This document shows, one piece after another, positions 49,901 through 63,030 of a stretch of DNA of 64,000 nt; position 1 is the stretch's first letter; each line of letters opens with the position of its first letter. The DNA is from Eledone cirrhosa (taxonomy: Eukaryota). Position numbers and translations under genes: made by a program. A model generated the notes under the pieces. It saw only the letters and a list, made by a program, of their open reading frames with translations. It did not search any database and was not told where the DNA came from. Where the stretch lies: positions 76,942,001 to 77,006,000 of the forward strand of contig OZ024745.1 of assembly GCA_964016885.1 (NCBI GenBank), in the 5' to 3' direction.

Positions 49901-51695
49901 CTTTGTAGTGGTATCTTGGTAGTGGTCTCATGGTAGTGTTCTCTTGGTAGTGCTCTCTTGGCAGTGGTCCCTTGGTAGTGTTCTCTTGGTAGTGGTCTCT
50001 TGGTAGTGGTCCCTTGGTATTGGTCTCTTGGTAGTGGTCTACTGGTAGTGGTCTCTTAGTAGTGGTCTTTTGGTAGTGGTCTCTTGGTAGTGGTCTCTTG
50101 GTTGTGGCCTCTTGGTAGTGGTCTCTTGGTAGATGTCTGTTGGTAGTGGTCTCTTGGTAGTGGTCTCTGGCTAGTGGTTTCTTGGTAGTGGTCTCTTGGT
50201 AGTGGTCTATTGGTAGTGGTCTCTTGGTTGTGGTCTCTTGACAGTGGTCTCTTGGTAGTGGTCTCTTGGTAGTGGTCTCTTGGTAGTGGTCTCTTGGTAG
50301 TGGTCTCTTGCTGGTGGTCTATTGATAGTGGTCTCTTGGTAGTGTTCTCTTGGTAGTGGTCCCTAGGTAGTGTTCTCTTGGTAGTGGTCTCTTGGTAGTG
50401 TTCTCTTGGTAGTGGTCTCTTGGTAGTGGTCCCTTGGTAGTGGTCTCTTGGTGGTGGTGTCTTGGTAGTGGTCTCTTGGTAGTGTTCTCTTGGTAGTGGT
50501 CTCTTGGTAGTGTACTCTTGGTAGTCATCTCTTGGTAGCGTTCTCTTGGTAGTGGTATCTTGGTAGTGGTCTCTTGGTAGTGTTCTCTTGGTAGTGGTCC
50601 CTTGGTAGTGTTCTCTTGGTAGTGCTATCCTGGTAGTGTTCTCTTGGTAGTGGTCTCTTGATAGTGGTTTATTGGGAGTGGTCTCTTGATTGTGGTCTCC
50701 TGGTTGCGGTTTCTTGGTAGTTGTCTCTTGGTAGTGTTCTCTTGGTAGTGTTCTCTTGGTAGTGTTCTCTTCGCAGTGCTCTCTTGGTAGTGGTCTCTTG
50801 GTAGTGGTTTCTAGGTAGTGGTCTCTTGGTAGTGGTCCCTTGGTAGTGGTCACTTGGTAGTGGTCTCTTGGTAGTGGTCTCTTGGTAGTGGTCTCTTGGT
50901 AGTGGTCTCTTGCTGGTGGTCTATTGGTAGTGGTCTCTTGGTAGTGTTCTCTTGGTAGTGGTCCCTAGGTAGTGGTCCCTTGGTAGTGGTCTCTTGGTGG
51001 TGGTCTCTTGGTAGTGGTCTCTTGGTGGTGGTCTCTTGGTAGTGGTCTCTTGGTAGTGGTCTCTTGGTTGTGGCCTCTTGGTAGTCGTCTCTTGGTAGTG
51101 GTCTCTTGGTAGTGGTCTCTTGGTAGTGGTCTCTTGGTAGTGGTTTCTTGGTAGTCGTCTCTTGGTAGTGGTCTCTTGGTAATCGTGTCTTGGTAGTGGT
51201 CTCTTGGTAGTGGTCTCTTGGTAATCGTGTCTTGGTAGTGGTCTCTTGATAGTGGTCTCTTGGTAGTGGTCTCTTGGTAGTGGTCTGTTGGTAGTGGTCT
51301 CTTGGTAGTGGTCTCTTGGGAGTGTTCTCTTTGTAGTGCTCTCTTGGTAGTGGTCTCTTGGTAGTGTTCCCTTGGTAGTGGTCTCTTGGTAGTGGTCTCC
51401 TGGTAGTGGTCTCTTGGGAGTGGTCTGTTGGTAGTGTTCTCTTGGTAGTGGTCCCTTGGTAGTGGTCTTTTGGTAGTGGTCTCGTGGTAGTGGTCTCTTG
51501 GTAGTGGTCTTTTGGAAGTGGTCTCTTGGTAGTGGTCTCTTCGTTGTGGTCTCTTGGTAGTGTTCCCTTGGTAGTGGTCTCTTGGTAGTGGTCTCCTGGT
51601 AGTGGTCTCTTGGGAGTGGTCTGTTGGTAGTAGTCTCTTGGTAGTGGTCTCGTGGTAGTGGTCTCTTGGTAGTGTTCTCTTGGTAGTGGTATCTT
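46905..51695 (+). repeat. About 4.8-kb higher-order tandem duplication, copy 1
   Basis: AGTAATCGTG at 47161 and 51948 (offset 4787). ORF pairs 48723/53343, 49255/53875 and 50319/54939 (offset 4620 = 330x14). Confidence 0.9.
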
Positions 51696-54600
51696 GGTAG
51701 TGTTCTCTTGGTAGTGTTCTCTTGGTAGTGGTCTCTTGGTAGTGGTCCCTTGGTAGTGGTCTCTTGGTGGTGGTCTCTTGGTAGTGGTCTCTTGGTGGTG
51801 GTCTCTTGGTAGTGGTCTCTTGGTAGTGGTCTCTTGGTTGTGGCCTCTTGGTAGTGGTCTCTTGGTAGTGGTCTCTTGGTAGTGGTCTCTTGGTAGTGGT
51901 CTCTTGGTAGTGGTTTCTTGGTAGTCGTCTCTTGGTAGTGGTCTCTTAGTAATCGTGTCTTGGTAGTGGTCTCTTGGTAGTGGTCTCTTGGTAATCGTGT
52001 CTTGGTAGTGGTCTCTTGATAGTGGTCTCTTGGTAGTGGTCTCTTGGTAGTGGTCTGTTGGTAGTGGTCTCTTGGTAGTGTTCTCTTCGTAGTGGTCTCT
52101 TGGTAGTGGTCCCTTGGTATTGGTCTCTTGGTAGTGGTCTACTGGTAGTGGTCTCTTAGTAGTGGTCTTTTGGTAGTGGTCTCTTGGTAGTGGTCTCTTG
52201 GTTGTGGCCTCTTGGTAGTGGTCTCTTGGTAGATGTCTGTTGGTAGTGGTCTCTTGGTAGTGGTCTCTGGGTAGTGGTTTCTTGGTAGTGGTCTCTTGGT
52301 AGTGGTCTATTGGTAGTGGTCTCTTGATTGTGGTCTCTTGACAGTGGTCTCTTGGTAGTGGTCTCTTGGTAGTGGTCTCTTGGTAGTGGTCTCTTGCTGG
52401 TGGTCTATTTGTATTGGTCTCTTGGTAGTGTTCTCTTGGTAGTGGTCTCTTGGTAGTGGTCTCTTGGTTGTGGCCTCTTGGTAGTGGTCTCTTGGTAGTG
52501 GTCTCTTGGTAGTAGTCTCTTGGTAGTGGTCTCTTGCTAGTGGTTTCTTGGTAGTGGTCTCTTGGTAGTGGTCTCTTGGTAATCGTGTCTTGGTAGTGGT
52601 CTGTTGGTAGTGGTCTCTTGGTAATCGTGTCTTGGTAGTGGTCTCTTGATAGTGGTCTCTTGGTAGTGGTCTCTTGGTAGTGGTCTGTTGGTAGTGGTCT
52701 GTTGGTAGTGGTCTCTTGGGAGTGTTCTCTTTGTAGTGCTCTCTTGGTAGTGGTCTCTTGGTAGTGTTCCCTTGGTAGTGGTCTCTTGGTAGTGGTCTCC
52801 TGGTAGTGGTCTCTTGGGAGTGGTCTGTTGGTAGTGTTCTCTTGGTAGTGTTGTCTTGGTAGTAGTCTCTTGGTAGTGGTCCCTTTGTAGTGGTCTTTTG
52901 GTAGTGGTCTCGTGGTAGTGGTCTCTTGGTAGTGGTCTTTTGGAAGTGGTCTCTTGGTAGTGGTCTCTTCGTTGTGGCCTCTTGGTAGTGGTCTCTTGGT
53001 AGTGGTCTCTTGGTAATGGTCTCTTGGTAGTGGTCTCTTGGTAGTGGTTTCTTGGTATTGGTCTCTTGGTAGTGGTCTCTTGGTAATGGTGTCTTGGTAG
53101 TGTCTTCTTGATAGTGCTCTCTTGGTAGTGGTCTCTTGGTAGTGGTCTGTTGGTAGTTGTCTCTTGGTAGTGTTCTCTTGGTAGTGGTATCTTGGTAGTG
53201 GTCTATTGGTAGTGGTCTCTTGGTAGTGTTATCTTGGTAGTGGTCCCTTGGTAGTGGTCTCTTGGTAGTGGTCCCTTGGTAGTGTTCTCTTGGTAGTTGT
53301 CTCTGGGTAGTGGTCCCTTGGTAGTGGTCTCTTGGTAGTGGTCTACTGGTAGTGGTCTCTTAGTAGTGGTCTCTTGGTAGTAGTTTCTTGGTAGTGGTAT
53401 CTTGGTAATGGTCTCTTGATAGTGGTCTCTTGGTAGTGGTCTCTTGGTAGTGGTCTTTTGGAAGTGGTCTCTTGGTAGTGGTCTCTTCGTTGTGGCCTCT
53501 TGGTAGTGGTCTCTTGGTAGTGGTCTACTGGTAGTGGTCTCTTGGTAGTGGTCTCTTGGTAGTAGTTTCTTGGTAGTGGTATCTTGGTAGTGGTCACTTG
53601 ATAGTGGTCTCTTGGTAGTGGTCTCTTTGTAATGGTCTATTGGTAGTGGTCTGTTGGTAGTGGTCTCTTGGTAGTGGTGTCTTGGTAGTGGTCTCTTGGT
53701 AGTGGTCTTTTGGTAGTGGTCTCTTGGTAGTGGTGTCTTGGTAGTGGTCTCTTGGGAGTGGTCTCTTGGTAGTCTTCTCTTGGTAAGGGTCTCTTGGTAG
53801 TGGTCTCTTGGTAGTGGTCGCTTGGTAGTGGTCTCTTGGTAGAAGTTTCTTGGTAGTGGTCTCTTGGTAGTGGTCTATTGGTAGTGTTCTCTTGGTATTG
53901 TTCTCTTGGTAGTGGTCTCTTGGTAGTGGTCCCTTGGTAGTGGTCGCTTGGTAGTCGTGTCTTGGTAGTGGTCTCTTGGTAGTGGTCTTTTGGTAGTGGT
54001 CTCTTGGTAGTGGTCTCTTGGTAGTGGCTTCTTGATAGTGCTCTCTTGGTAGTGGTCTCTTGGTAGTGGTCCCTTGGTAGTGGTCTCTTGGTAGTGGTCT
54101 CTTGGTAGTGGTCCCATGGTAGTGGTCGCTGGATAGTGGTCTATTGGTAGTGGTGTCTTGGTAGTGTTTTCTTGGTAGTGTTCTCTTGGTAATGTTCTCT
54201 TGGTAGTGTTCTCTTGGTAGTGGTCTCTTGGTAGTGTACTCTTGGTAGTCATCTCTTGGTAGTGTTCTCTTGGTAGTGGTATCTTGGTAGTGGTCTCTTG
54301 GTAGTGTTCTCTTGCTAGTGGTCCCTTGGTAGTGTTCTCTTGGTAGTGCTATCTTGGTAGTGTTCTCTTGGTAGTGGTCTGTTGGTAGTGGTTTCTAGGT
54401 AGTGGTCTCTTGGTAGTGGTCCCTTGGTAGTGGTCACTTGGTAGTGGTCTCTTGGTAGTGGTCTCTTGATAGTGGTCTATTGGTAGTGGCCTCTTGGTAG
54501 TGGTCTCTTGGTAGTGTTCTCTTTGTAGTGGTATCTTGGTAGTGGTCTCATGGTAGTGTTCTCTTGGTAGTGCTCTCTTGGCAGTGGTCCCTTGGTAGTG

Positions 54601-56335
54601 TTCTCTTGGTAGTGGTCTCTTGGTAGTGGTCCCTTGGTATTGGTCTCTTGGTAGTGGTCTACTGGTAGTGGTCTCTTAGTAGTGGTCTTTTGGTAGTGGT
54701 CTCTTGGTAGTGGTCTCTTGGTTGTGGCCTCTTGGTAGTGGTCTCTTGGTAGATGTCTGTTGGTAGTGGTCTCTTGGTAGTGGTCTCTGGCTAGTGGTTT
54801 CTTGGTAGTGGTCTCTTGGTAGTGGTCTATTGGTAGTGGTCTCTTGGTTGTGGTCTCTTGACAGTGGTCTCTTGGTAGTGGTCTCTTGGTAGTGGTCTCT
54901 TGGTAGTGGTCTCTTGGTAGTGGTCTCTTGCTGGTGGTCTATTGATAGTGGTCTCTTGGTAGTGTTCTCTTGGTAGTGGTCCCTAGGTAGTGTTCTCTTG
55001 GTAGTGGTCTCTTGGTAGTGTTCTCTTGGTAGTGGTCTCTTGGTAGTGGTCCCTTGGTAGTGGTCTCTTGGTGGTGGTGTCTTGGTAGTGGTCTCTTGGT
55101 AGTGTTCTCTTGGTAGTGGTCTCTTGGTAGTGTACTCTTGGTAGTCATCTCTTGGTAGCGTTCTCTTGGTAGTGGTATCTTGGTAGTGGTCTCTTGGTAG
55201 TGTTCTCTTGGTAGTGGTCCCTTGGTAGTGTTCTCTTGGTAGTGCTATCTTGGTAGTGTTCTCTTGGTAGTGGTCTCTTGATAGTGGTTTATTGGGAGTG
55301 GTCTCTTGATTGTGGTCTCCTGGTTGCGGTTTCTTGGTAGTTGTCTCTTGGTAGTGTTCTCTTGGTAGTGTTCTCTTGGTAGTGTTCTCTTCGCAGTGCT
55401 CTCTTGGTAGTGGTCTCTTGGTAGTGGTCTGTTGGTAGTGGTTTCTAGGTAGTGGTCTCTTGGTAGTGGTCCCTTGGTAGTGGTCACTTGGTAGTGGTCT
55501 CTTGGTAGTGGTCTCTTGGTAGTGGTCTCTTGGTAGTGGTCTCTTGCTGGTGGTCTATTGGTAGTGGTCTCTTGGTAGTGTTCTCTTGGTAGTGGTCCCT
55601 AGGTAGTGGTCCCTTGGTAGTGGTCTCTTGGTGGTGGTCTCTTGGTAGTGGTCTCTTGGTGGTGGTCTCTTGGTAGTGGTCTCTTGGTAGTGGTCTCTTG
55701 GTTGTGGCCTCTTGGTAGTCGTCTCTTGGTAGTGGTCTCTTGGTAGTGGTCTCTTGGTAGTGGTCTCTTGGTAGTGGTTTCTTGGTAGTCGTCTCTTGGT
55801 AGTGGTCTCTTGGTAATCGTGTCTTGGTAGTGGTCTCTTGGTAGTGGTCTCTTGGTAATCGTGTCTTGGTAGTGGTCTCTTGATAGTGGTCTCTTGGTAG
55901 TGGTCTCTTGGTAGTGGTCTGTTGGTAGTGGTCTCTTGGTAGTGGTCTCTTGGGAGTGTTCTCTTTGTAGTGCTCTCTTGGTAGTGGTCTCTTGGTAGTG
56001 TTCCCTTGGTAGTGGTCTCTTGGTAGTGGTCTCCTGGTAGTGGTCTCTTGGGAGTGGTCTGTTGGTAGTGTTCTCTTGGTAGTGGTCCCTTGGTAGTGGT
56101 CTTTTGGTAGTGGTCTCGTGGTAGTGGTCTCTTGGTAGTGGTCTTTTGGAAGTGGTCTCTTGGTAGTGGTCTCTTCGTTGTGGTCTCTTGGTAGTGTTCC
56201 CTTGGTAGTGGTCTCTTGGTAGTGGTCTCCTGGTAGTGGTCTCTTGGGAGTGGTCTGTTGGTAGTAGTCTCTTGGTAGTGGTCTCGTGGTAGTGGTCTCT
56301 TGGTAGTGTTCTCTTGGTAGTGGTATCTTGGTAGT
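51696..56335 (+). repeat. About 4.6-kb higher-order tandem duplication, copy 2
   Basis: Collinear with 46905-51700, but lacks 167 bp (48554-48720 of copy 1) and has one extra monomer near 55425, so the offset becomes 4634 (CGTGG 51651/56285). Diverges near 56336. Confidence 0.9.
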
Positions 56336-56899
56336 GGTCTATTGGTAGTGGTCTCTTGGTAGTGTTCTCTTGGTAGTGGTCGCTAGGTAGTGGTCTCTTG
56401 GTAGTGTTCTCTTGGTAGTGGTCCCTTGATAGTGGTCTCTTGGTAGTGGTCCCTTGGTAGTGTTCTCTTGGTAGTGGTCTCTTGGTAGTGGTCCCTTGGT
56501 AGTGGTCTCTTGGTAGTGGTCTACTGGTAGTGGTCTCTTAGTAGTGGTCTCTTGGTAGTGGTCTCTTGGTAGTGGTCTCTTGGTAGTAGTTTCTTGGTAG
56601 TGGTCTCTTGGTAGTGGTCTCTTGGTAATGGTGTCTTGGTAGTGGTCTCTTGATAGTGGTCTCTTGGTAGTGGTCTCTTGGTAGTGGTCTATTGGTAATG
56701 GTCTGTTGGTAGTGGTCTCTTGTTAGTGGTGTCTTGGTAGTGGTCTCTTGGTAGTGGTCTTTTGGTAGTGGTCTCTTGGTAGTGGTCTCTTGGTAATGGT
56801 GTCTTGGTAGTGGTCTCTTGATAGTGGTCTCTTGGTAGTGGTCTCTTGGTAGTGGTCTATTGGTAATGGTCTGTTGGTAGTGGTCTCTTGTTAGTAGTT

Positions 56900-59800
56900 T
56901 CTTGGTAGTGGTCTCTTGGTAGTGGTGTCTTGGTAGTGTTCTCTTGGTAGTGTTCTCTTGGTAGTGGTCTCTTGGTAGTGGTCCCTTGGTAGTGGTCGCT
57001 TGGTAGTTGTGTCTTGGTAGTGGTCTCTTGGTAGTGGTCTTTTGGTAGTGGTCTCTTGGTAGTGGTCTCTTGGTAGTGGCTTCTTGATAGTGCTCTCTTG
57101 GTATTGGTCTCTTGGTAGTGGTCCCTTGGTAGTGGTCGCTGGATAGTGGTCTATTGGTAGTGGTGTCTTGGTAGTGTTCTCTTGGTAGTGTTCTCTTGGT
57201 AGTGTTCTCTTGGTAGTGTTCTCTTTGTAGTGGTCTCTTGCTAGTGTTCTCTTGGTAGTGGTCTCTTGGTAGTGGTCTCTTGGTAGTGGTCTCTTGGTAG
57301 TGGTCTCTTGGTAGTGGTCCCTTGGTAGTCTTCTCTTGGTAGCGGTCTCTTGGAAGTGGTCTATTGGTAGTGGTCTCTGGGTAGTGGTCTCTTGGTAGTG
57401 TTCTCTTGGTAGTCTTCTCTTGGTAGTGTTCTCTTGGTAGTGGTCTCTTGGTAGTGGTCTCTTGGTAGTGTTCTCTTGGTAGTGGTCTCTTGGTAGTGGT
57501 CTCTTGGTTGTGTTCTCTTGGTAGTGGTCTCTTGGTAGCGATCTTTTGGTAGTGGTCTCTTGGTAGTTGTCTCTTGGTAGTGTTCTCTTGGTAGTGGTCT
57601 CATGGTAGTCGTCTCTTGGTAGTGGTCTCTTGGTAGTGGTCTATTGGTAGTGGTCTATTGGTAGTGGTCTCTTGGTAGTGGTCTCTTGGTAGTGGTCTAT
57701 TGGTAACGATCTTTTGGTAGTGGTCTCTTGGTAGTGGTCTCTTGGTAGTGTTCTCTTGGTAATGGTTTCTTGCTTGTGTTCTGTTGGTAGTGGTCTCTTG
57801 GTAGTGGTCCTTTGGTAGTGGTCTCTTGGTAGTGGTCTCTTGGTAGTGGTCTCTTGGTAGTTGTCTATTGGTAGTGGTCTTTTGGTAGTGGTCTCTTGGT
57901 AGTGGTCTCTTGGTAGTGTTCTCTTGGTAGTGGTCTCTTGGTAGTGGTCTCTTGTTAGTGGTCTCTTAATAGGGGACTCTTGGTAGTATTCTCTTGGTAG
58001 TGGTCTCTTGGTAGGGGTGTCTTGGTAGCGGTCTCTTGGTAGTAGTCTCTTGGGAGTGTTCTCTTGGTAGTGGTCTCTTGGTACCGGTCTTTTGGTTGTG
58101 GTCTCTAGGTAATGGTCTCTTGGTAGTGGCCTCTAGTTAGTGGTCTCTTGGTAGCGGTCTCTTGGTAGTGGTCTCTCGATTGTAGTCTCTTGGTAGTGGT
58201 CTCTTGGTAGTGATCTCTTGGTAGTGGTCTCTTGGTAGTGGTCCCATGGTAGTGGTCGCTGGATAGTGGTATATTGGTAGTGGTGTCTTGGTAGTGTTTT
58301 CTTGGTAGTGTTCTCTTGGTAATGTTCTCTTGGTAGTGTTCTCTTGGTAGTGGTCTCTTGGTAGTGTTCTCTTGGTAGTCATCTCTTGGTAGTGTTCTCT
58401 TGGAAGTGGTATCTTGGTAGTGGTCTCTTGGTAGTGTTCTCTTGGTAGTGGTCCCTTGGTAGCGTTCTCTTGGTAGTGCTATCTTGGTAGTGTTCTCTTG
58501 GTAGTGGTCTCTTTATAGTGGTCTATTGGGAGTGGTCTCTTGATTGTGGTCTCCTGGTTGCGGTTTCTTGGTAGTGGTCTCTTGGTAGTGGTCTCTTCGT
58601 AGTGGTCTCTCGGTATTGGTGTCTTGGTAGTGGTCTCTTGGTAGTGTTCTCTTGGTAGTCTTCTCTTGGTAGTGTTCTCTTGGTAGTGGTCTCTTCGTAG
58701 TGTTCTCTTGGTAGTGTTCTCTTGGTAGTGTTCTCTTCGCAGTGCTCTCTTGGTAGTGGTCTCTTGGTAGTGGTCTGTTGGTAGTGGTCTGTTGGTAGTG
58801 GTCTATTGGTAGTGGTCTCTAGGTAGTGGTCTCTTGGTAGTGGTCCCTTGGTAGTGGTCTCTTGGTAGTGGTCTCTTGGTAGTCGTCTCTTGATAGTGGT
58901 CTATTGGTAGTGGCCTCTTGGTAGTTGTCTCTTGGTAGTGTTCTCTTTGTAGTGGTATCTTGGTAGTGGTCTCATGGTATTGTTCTCTTGGTAGTGCTCT
59001 CTTGGCAGTGGTCCCTTGGTTGTGTTCTCTTGGTAGTGGTCTCTTGGTAGTGGTCCCTTGGTATTGGTCTCTTGGTAGTGGTCTACTGGTAGTGGTCTCT
59101 TAGTAGTGGTCTTTTGGTAGTGGTCTCTTCGTAGTGGTCTCTTGGTTGTGGCCTCTTGGTAGTGGTCTCTGGGTAGTGGTTTCTTGGTAGTGCTCTCTTG
59201 GTAGTGGTCTATTGGTAGTGGTCTCTTGGTTGTAGTCTCTTGACAGTGGTCTCTTGGTAGTGGTCTCTTGGTAGTGGTCTCTTGGTAGTGGTCTCTTGCT
59301 GGTGGTCTATTGGTAGTGGTCTCTTGGTAGTGTTCTCTTGGTAGTGGTCCCTAGGTAGTGTTCTCTTGGTAGTGGTCTCTTGGTAGTGTTCTCTTGGTAG
59401 TGGTATCTTGGTAGTGGTCTATTGGTAGTGGTCTCTTAGTAGTGGTCTCTTGGTAGTGGTCTCTAGGTAGTGGTCTCTTGGTAGTAGTTTCTTGGTAGTG
59501 GTCTCCTGGTAGTGGTCTCTTTGTAATGGTGTCTTGGTAGTGGTCTCTTGATAGTGGTCTCTTGGTAGTGGTCTCTTGGTAGTGGTCTATTGGTAGTTGT
59601 CTGTTGGTAGTGGTCTCTTGATAGTTGTGTCTTGGTAGTGGTCTCTTGGTAGTGGTATCTTGGTAGTGGTCTCTTGGTAGTGGTCTCTTGGGAGTGATCT
59701 CTTGGTAGTGTTCTCTTGGTAAGGGTCTCTTGGTAGTGATCACTTGGTAGTGGTCGCTTGGTAGTGGTCTCTTGGTAGTAGTTTCTTGGTAGTGGTCTCT

Positions 59801-62800
59801 TGGTAGTGGTCTCTTGGTAGTGTTCTCTTGGTAGTGTTCTCTTGGTAGTGGTCTCTTGGTAGTGGTCCCTTGGTAGTGGTCGCTTGGTAGTTGTGTTTGG
59901 TAGTGGTCTCTTGGTAGTGGTCTTTTGGTAGTGGTCTCTTGGTAGTGGTCCCTTGGTAGTGGTCGCTGAATAGTGGTCTATTGGTAGTGGTGTCTTGGTA
60001 GTGTTCTCTTGGTAGTGTTCTCTTGGTAGTGGTCTCTTGCTAGTGTTCTCTTGGTAGTGGTCTCTTGGTAGTGGTCTCTTGGTAGAGGTCTCTTGGTAGT
60101 GGTCTCTTGGTAGTGGTCCCTTGGTAGTCTTCTCTTGGTAGTGGTCTCTTGGTAGTGGTCTATTGGTAGTGGTCTCTGGGTAGTGTTCTCTTGGTAGTGG
60201 TCCCTTTGTAGTGTTCTCTTGGTACTGGTCTCTTGGTAGTGTTCTCTTGGTAGTGGTCTCTTGGTAGTGGTCTCTTGGTTGTGTTCTCTTGGTAGTGGTC
60301 TCTTGGTAGCGATCTTTTGGTAGTGGTCTCTTGGTAGTTGTCTCTTGGTAGTGTTCTCTTGGTAGTGGTCTCATGGTAGTCGTCTCTTGGTAGTGGTCTC
60401 TTGGTAGTGGTCTATTGGTAGTGGTCTATTGGTAGTGGTCTCTTGGTAGTGGTCTCTTGGTAGTGGTCTCTTGGTAGTGGTCTATTCGTAACGATCTTTT
60501 GGTAGTGGTCTCTTGGTAGTGGTCTCTTGGTAGTGTTCTCTTGGTAATGGTTTCTTGGTTGTGTTCTGTTGGTAGTGGTCTCTTGATAGTGGTCCTTTGG
60601 TAGTGGTCTCTTGGTAGTGGTCTCTTGGTAGTGGTCTCTTGGTAGTGGTCTATTGGTAGTGGTCTTTTGGTAGTGGTCTCTTGGTAGTGGTCTCATGGTA
60701 GTGTTCTCTTGGTAGTGGTCTCTTGGTAGTGGTCTCTTGTTAGTGGTCTCTTAATAGGGGTCTCTTGGCAGTGTTCTCTTGGTAGTGGTCTCTTGGTAGG
60801 GGTGTCTTGGTAGTGGTCTCTTGGTAGTGGTCTCTTGGGAATGTTCTCTTGGTAGTGGTCTCTTGGTAGCGGTCTTTTGGTTGTGGTCTCTTGGTAGTGG
60901 TCTCTTGGTAGTGGCCTCTTGGTAGTAGTCTCTTGGTAGCGGTCCCTTGGTAGTGGTCTCTTGGTAGTGGTCTCTTGTTAGTGGTTTCTTGGTAGTGGTC
61001 TCTTGGTAGTGGTCCCATGGTAGTGGTCGCTGGATAGTGGTCTATTGGTAGTGGTGTCTTGGTAGTGTTTTCTTGGTAGTGTTCTCTTGGTAGTGTTCTC
61101 TTGGTAGTGTTCTCTTGGTAGTGGTCTCTTGGTAGTGTTCTCTTGGTAGTCATCTCTTGGTAGTGTTCTCTTGGTAGTGGTCTCTTGGTAGTGGTCTCTT
61201 GGTAGTGGTCTCTTGTTAGTGGTTTCTTGGTAGTGGTCTCTTGGTAGTGGTCTCTTGGTAATGGTGTCTTGGTAGTGGCTTCTTGATAGTGCTCTCTTGG
61301 TAGTGGTCTCTTGGTAGTGGTCTGTTGGTAGTTGTCTCTTGGTAGTGTTCTCTTGGTAGTGGTATCTTGGTAGTGGTCTATTGGTAGTGGTCTCTTGGTA
61401 GTGTTCTCTTGGTAGTGGTCTCTTGGTAGTGGTCTCTTGGTAGTGTTCTCTTGGTAGTGGTCCCTTGGTAGTGGTCTCTTGGTAGTGGTCCCTTGGTAGT
61501 GTTCTCTTGGTAGTGGTCTCTTGGTAGCGTTCTCTTGGTAGTGGTCTCTTGGTAGAGGTCTCTTGGTAGTGGTCTATTGGTAGTGGTCTCTTGGTAGTGT
61601 TCTCTTGGTAGCGTTCTCTTGGTAGAGGTCTCTTGGTAGTGGTCTCTTGGTAGTGTTCTCTTGGTAGTGGTCTCTTGGTAGTGGTCTCTTGGTAGTGTTC
61701 TCTTGGTCGTGGTCCCTTGGTAGTGGTCTCTTGGTAGTGGTCCCTTGGTAGTGTTCTCTTGGTAGTGGTCTCTTGGTAGTGGTCCCTTGGTAGTGGTGTC
61801 TTGGTAGTTGTCTACTGGTAGTGGTCTCTTAGTAGTGGTCTCTTGGTAGTGGTCTCTTGGTAGTGATCTCTTGGTAGTAGTTTCTTGGTAGTGGTCTCCT
61901 GGTAGTGGTCTCTTGGTAATGGTGTCTTGGTAGTGGTCTCTAGGTAGTGTTCTCTTGGTAGTGGTCTCTTGGTAGTGGTCTCTTGGTAGTGGTCTCTTGG
62001 TAGTGGTCATTTGGCAGTGGTCGCTTGGTAGTGGTCTTTTGGTAGTGGTCTCTTGGTAGTGGTCTCTTGGTAGTGGTCTCTTGGGAGTGGTCTCTTGGTA
62101 GTGTTCTCTTGGTAAGGGTCTCTTGGTAGTGGTCTCTTGGTAGTGGTCGCTTGGTAGTGCTCTCTTGGTAGTAGTTTCTTGGTAGTGGTCTCTTGGTAGT
62201 GGTCTCTTGGTAATGGTGTCTTGGTAGTGGTCTCTTGGTAGTGGTCTCTTGGTAGTGGTCCCTTGGTAGTGGTCGCTTGGTAGTTGTGTCTTGGTAGAGG
62301 TCTCTTGGTAGTGGTCTTTTGGTAGTGGTCTCTTGGTAGTGGCTTCTTGATAGTGCTCTCTTGGTAGTGGTCTCTTGGTAGTGTTTCCTTGGTAGTGGTC
62401 GCTGGATAGTGGTCTATTGGTAGTGGTGTCTTGGTAGTGTTCTCTTGGTAGTGTTCTCTTGGTAGTGTTCTCTTGGTTGTGTTCTCTTTGTAGTGGTCTC
62501 TTGCTAGTGTTCTCTTGGTAGTGGTCTCTTGGTAGTGGTCTCTTGGTAGTGGTCTCTTGGTAGTGGTCTCTTGGTAGTGGTCCCTTGGTAGTCTTCTCTT
62601 GGTAGTGGTCTCTTGGTAGTGGTCTATTGGTAGTGGTCTCTGGGTAGTGTTCTCTTGGTAGTGGTCCCTTTGTAGTGTTCTCTTGGTACTGGTCTCTTGA
62701 GTAGTGTTCTCTTGGTAGTGGTCTCTTGGTAGTGGTCTCTCGGTTGTGTTCTCTTGGTAGTGGTCTCTTGGTAGCGATCTTTTGGTAGTGGTCTCTTGGT

Positions 62801-63030
62801 AGTTGTCTCTTGGTAGTGTTCTCTTGGTAGTGGTCTCATGGTTCGTCTCTTGGTAGTGGTCTCTTGGTAGTGGTCTCTTGGCAGTGGTCTATTGGTAGTG
62901 GTCTCTTGGTAGTGGTCACTTGGTAGTGGTCTATTGGTAACGATCTTTTGGTAGTGGTCTCTTGGTAGTGGTCTCTTGGTAGTGTTCTCTTGGTAATGGT
63001 TTCTTGGTTGTGTTCTGTTGGTAGTGGTGT
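56900..63030 (+). repeat. Three more diverged copies of an approximately 2.5-2.8-kb higher-order unit
   Basis: The same ORF start (MRPLPREHYQETTTKRPLPKDRYQ) has its first base at 57603, 60374 and 62839. Offsets are 2771 (198x14 - 1) and 2465 (176x14 + 1), matching a deletion near 59896 and an insertion near 62700. Confidence 0.75.

Noticed and set aside
1300-62839. All minus-strand ORFs (66-420 aa, Thr/Pro/Arg-rich, mucin-like appearance)
   Set aside because: They are translations of the 14-bp repeat. Overlapping ORFs in different frames encode the same peptide, starts and stops arise from sporadic variants (many starts are GTG), and there is no unique domain, signal peptide or consistent frame.
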